NCBI GenBank assembly: GCA_002386065.1
Contig: DGES01000026.1
Span: forward strand, 20,587-84,586
From: Firmicutes bacterium UBA3920
GTDB lineage: Bacteria; Bacillota; Clostridia; Caldicoprobacterales; Xylanivirgaceae
DNA: 64,000 nt
Direction of reading: 5' to 3'
Below the pieces are notes generated by a model. It saw nothing but the letters and a program-made list of their open reading frames with translations. It was not told the origin of the DNA and made no database searches. The position numbers were made by a program, and so were the translations under genes. This document shows, in pieces, positions 60,797-64,000 of the stretch. Position 1 is the first letter of the stretch. The number at the start of each line of letters is the position of its first letter.

Positions 60797-60885
60797 ACTC
60801 TATTTCACCTCCTATTGGTACGAGTGTACTATTAATTTAACCAATAGGATTTTTTTTTACACTAGTAATATTTACAAATATATAG

Positions 60886-62940
60886 TCAATTCATTACAAT
60901 ATCTAAAGTTTTTGCATTAAATTCTTTATATATATACTCCATAACCTCATCAAACTCTGGGTTACCTCGTGTGTTTACTACCTTTTCCACTGCCTGCTGA
61001 GCCAATTTTAAAATATCCATATCTCTTGCCAAATTAGCAATTTTGAATTCTGGTAAACCATGTTGGCGTATTCCAAATATGTCACCCGGTCCTCTAAGTT
61101 CCAAATCTTTCTCGGCTACAACAAATCCATTATCAGAATGAACCATTATGCTCATCCTCTCTCTTATCTCTTTGCTGGTAGCATTGGCTATAAGAATACA
61201 ATATGATTGATGTTCGCCTCTACCTACTCTGCCCCTTAATTGATGGAGTTGGGCAAGACCAAATCGTTCCGCATTTTCTATAACCATTACAGTTGCATTA
61301 GGCACATCTACACCAACCTCAATTACAGTGGTAGAAACGAGTACTTGCGTCTCTCCTTTTGAAAATTTTTCCATGACTCTTTCCTTTTCTTGTCCTTTCA
61401 TCCTACCATGAAGAAGGTCTACATTTAGTCCCTTTAAAGCTCCATTTTTCAATTTATCAAATAATTCTACTGCAGCCACTGAATCTATCTTTTCTGATTC
61501 TTCAACTAATGGACATACAACATAGGCCTGTCTGCCCTCTCCTACCTGTTTCCTTACAAATGCATATACTCTATTCCTTATAGATGGAGGAACATGATAT
61601 GTCTTTATAGCCTTTCTTCCTGGTGGTAGTTCGTCTATTATAGATATATCCAAATCACCATATAATATAAGTGATAATGTACGTGGAATAGGTGTAGCAG
61701 ACATCACCAACATATGTGGTTTTTTACCTTTTGATAACATAGTAGCACGTTGTCTGACCCCAAAACGATGTTGTTCATCTGTCACCACAAGCCCTAATTT
61801 TGCAAACTCAATATCCTCCTGTAATAATGCATGAGTACCTATTATTATGTCAATATCTCCTGATCTTAAATCTACCTTTAAAGCATCCTTATCAGACTGA
61901 GAAAGACTTCCTGTTATACATTTTATCGTTACATCTCTTTTTGCAAATAATTGAACAAATGTTTCAAAATGCTGCTTGGCAAGTATTTCAGTAGGCACCA
62001 TAAATGCTCCTTGATAACCACTTTGTACTGCACAATATAGAGCTATTGCTGCTAATATAGTCTTTCCAGATCCCACATCACCTTGAATTAGTCTATTCAT
62101 ATTTTTCCCACTTTTTATATCTGCATATATTTCATCTAAAACACGAAATTGTGCATCTGTTAGCTTAAATGGAAGACTATCTATAAAATCATCTATTTCA
62201 TCATGAGTCCAAGAAAACTTAATACCTTCCTCTTCCGTCTGAGTTTCCATTTTTATTAATTTAAGTCCCATATTTATGAAAAAAAACTCCTCAAATACTA
62301 ATCGCCGCCTTGCTTCTTCTAGTGCAGTTTCATTTTTAGGAAAATGTATATTATATAAAGCAAAATTTTTCTCTGCCAAACCATATTCTTTTCTTATAGT
62401 AGCAGGCAAAAAATCATATAACTGATTATTTATTTTTTGCAGAGCCCCATATACCATTTTTTGCATATCCCTTTGAGTCAGTCCTTTGGTAAGAGGATAT
62501 ATGGGAATTATCTTGGGTACATCATGTTTTTGTGGATGATATTCTTCTACAGTAGGCATTACGATCTGTGTTTCGCCATATCTCTTATCTATCTTCCCCC
62601 GAACAAAATATTTTTTATTACTGGAATATATATTACGCCTATATGGCTGATTATACCACACGCATTTTATCTCTCCCGTATCATCAAACGCATCCCATTT
62701 TACTATAGTAAGCCTTTTTTTTCTTATGATCTTGGGTGGTCCTCTGAACTCGACTACAGTCGAACTCTCAGAACCATGTTTGAGGGATGAAACACTCTCT
62801 ATATTTCCCCATATCTCATAATCACGAGGAAAAAAATATAAAGCATCTTCGATTGTATATATCCCTAGCTTATTTAGTAATGCATAGCGTTTGGGACCGA
62901 TACCCTTTATGTATTGTACACTTTCTTTTAGGGATTCCAT
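60886..62940 (-). CDS. recG: ATP-dependent DNA helicase RecG
   Basis: Wedge domain, GDVGSGKT Walker A, DEQHRFG, QLRGRVGRG motifs. 684 aa. Confidence 0.95.
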   Translation of the reverse strand: MESLKESVQYIKGIGPKRYALLNKLGIYTIEDALYFFPRDYEIWGNIESVSSLKHGSESSTVVEFRGPPKIIRKKRLTIVKWDAFDDTGEIKCVWYNQPYRRNIYSSNKKYFVRGKIDKRYGETQIVMPTVEEYHPQKHDVPKIIPIYPLTKGLTQRDMQKMVYGALQKINNQLYDFLPATIRKEYGLAEKNFALYNIHFPKNETALEEARRRLVFEEFFFINMGLKLIKMETQTEEEGIKFSWTHDEIDDFIDSLPFKLTDAQFRVLDEIYADIKSGKNMNRLIQGDVGSGKTILAAIALYCAVQSGYQGAFMVPTEILAKQHFETFVQLFAKRDVTIKCITGSLSQSDKDALKVDLRSGDIDIIIGTHALLQEDIEFAKLGLVVTDEQHRFGVRQRATMLSKGKKPHMLVMSATPIPRTLSLILYGDLDISIIDELPPGRKAIKTYHVPPSIRNRVYAFVRKQVGEGRQAYVVCPLVEESEKIDSVAAVELFDKLKNGALKGLNVDLLHGRMKGQEKERVMEKFSKGETQVLVSTTVIEVGVDVPNATVMVIENAERFGLAQLHQLRGRVGRGEHQSYCILIANATSKEIRERMSIMVHSDNGFVVAEKDLELRGPGDIFGIRQHGLPEFKIANLARDMDILKLAQQAVEKVVNTRGNPEFDEVMEYIYKEFNAKTLDIVMN

Positions 62941-63064
62941 CTCCTTCCTCCTTTCCCTATGTTTGTTCGAGATTTTTTATAGCCCTGCTACATCTCTAAA
63001 TTAATTAATAATCTCAGTTTAAAGCTTAGCACAAAATTCAACTATTTTCGTATCTTTCTATATA

Positions 63065-63088
63065 AAAAAGGAGGGTATCCTCCTTTTT
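63065..63088 (-). terminator. hairpin terminator at the end of yloV
   Basis: AAAAAGGAGG GTAT CCTCCTTTTT. Overlaps the stop codon by 2 nt. Confidence 0.55.
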
Positions 63089-64000
63089 ATTCAACAGATA
63101 TTATATAATAATAAAGTGGTTGTTTACCGGGATATATCTCAACATCAATATCCGGATATTTCTCAGATATATATTCTGCGATCGACTGAGCATCTTCCTC
63201 TGAAACATCAGCACCATAATAAAGAGTAATTATATCTGCATTATCATCTAGCATTTTATCTATCAGTTTTTTTGTAGCATCAGATATATCGTTATCTACA
63301 ACTAGTATCTTTCCATCACATATGCCAATTATATCATCTTTGTTAATTGTCATACCATCAAAATTTGAATCCCTTATAGCGTAAGTTACTTGTCCTGTGA
63401 TAACTGTATCTAAAGCCTCTATCATATTTTTTATATTTGTATCTACGTCCACATCAGGATTATATGCTATCATAGCGGCTAAGCCCTGAAGAATTGACTT
63501 ACTAGGGATTACATGTATTTTTCTATTACTCATTTCAGCAGCCTGCCTTGCCGATAATATTATGTTACTATTATTAGGAAGTATAAATATTTCCTCTGCG
63601 TCCACCTCATCGATTGCCTTAAGTATATCATCTATACTTGGATTCATAGTCTGTCCACCCTCTACCACATAATCGGCTGACAGATCTTTAAAAATAGAAA
63701 CTATACCATCTCCAATAGCTACTGATACTATACCCATCTTTTTAGTAAATTTCTTTTTAACAGACTTTTCTTCCGTCTGCTGCTCCGTAATATGCTCAAG
63801 TTCTCTATGCTGTAATGACATATTGTCTATCTTTATAGCCGATAACTCACCATATTCTAGGCCTAATTGTAATACCTGTCCTGGTGCATTAGTGTGTATA
63901 TGAACCTTTATAATGTCATCATCAGTCACAAATACTAAGGAATCTCCTAGTTCTGTAAGTTTTAGCCGTAGTTTTTCTATGTGGTACTCATTTATATAGG
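63087..64000 (-). CDS. yloV: DAK2 domain fusion protein YloV (C-terminal part; gene continues beyond the window)
   Basis: The frame is open to the window edge. VHIHTNAPGQVLQLGLEYGELSAIKIDNM and the DegV-like C-terminal half are typical of YloV. Synteny with recG. Confidence 0.85.
   Translation of the reverse strand, partial: YINEYHIEKLRLKLTELGDSLVFVTDDDIIKVHIHTNAPGQVLQLGLEYGELSAIKIDNMSLQHRELEHITEQQTEEKSVKKKFTKKMGIVSVAIGDGIVSIFKDLSADYVVEGGQTMNPSIDDILKAIDEVDAEEIFILPNNSNIILSARQAAEMSNRKIHVIPSKSILQGLAAMIAYNPDVDVDTNIKNMIEALDTVITGQVTYAIRDSNFDGMTINKDDIIGICDGKILVVDNDISDATKKLIDKMLDDNADIITLYYGADVSEEDAQSIAEYISEKYPDIDVEIYPGKQPLYYYIISVE

Noticed and set aside
60811-60849. 9-10-bp inverted repeat (CCTATTGGT ... 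ACCAATAGG) in the SASP 5' region, partly covering the SD
   Set aside because: It is probably just a 5'-UTR stabilising hairpin, common for abundant spore mRNAs. I could not identify a convincing sigma-G/F promoter by eye, so I make no call.

Overview
Low-GC Firmicutes (Clostridia-type) chromosomal segment, densely coding and mostly transcribed on the minus strand. I saw no rRNA, CRISPR array, transposase or integrase.

Core content, in order:
- An uncharacterised BcrA/HgdC-type activase operon with two DUF2229-like genes and a small Cys protein (0.5-3.8 kb).
- folC-valS behind a T-box leader, then tRNA-Pro(CGG) and tRNA-Thr(CGU).
- PAP2-like, SpoIID/LytB-like, cca, ykvI-like, TPR, hslO, a methyltransferase, a YesL-like protein and an M20 amidohydrolase.
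- An L-box (lysine riboswitch) in front of asd-dapA-dapB. Here DapB carries a C-terminal aspartokinase-like double ACT module.
- cobO, then a guanine-riboswitch-controlled pbuG-like permease followed by purE-purF-purM-purN-purH-purD.
- guaB-guaA, where the GuaA glutaminase motifs look degenerate.
- fapR-plsX-fabH-fabD-fabG-acpP-fabF, rpmF-yceD, ackA, pta, tmcAL, ylbJ, coaD-rsmD, an alpha/beta SASP, recG and partial yloV.

The accessory part is an island of about 8.3 kb wedged between the pbuG/pur block and guaA (about 34.1-42.4 kb). Along the minus strand it holds:
- a GC-rich structured segment;
- a VanZ-like fragment;
- a frameshifted and 3'-truncated type I hsdM remnant, fused in frame to foreign sequence;
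- a defence-like cassette: an HTH protein, a GIY-YIG/DUF4357 nuclease, and a 979-aa DUF262-DUF1524-DUF4268 fusion with an unassigned C-terminal module;
- an ECF sigma factor with a putative anti-sigma factor;
- about 1 kb without ORFs, containing a 3 x 24-nt tandem repeat and a second GC-rich, strongly base-paired element.

The best candidates for something undescribed are the two-nuclease cassette and the two GC-rich structured elements that flank the island. All domain names come from motif recognition by eye and need HMM confirmation.
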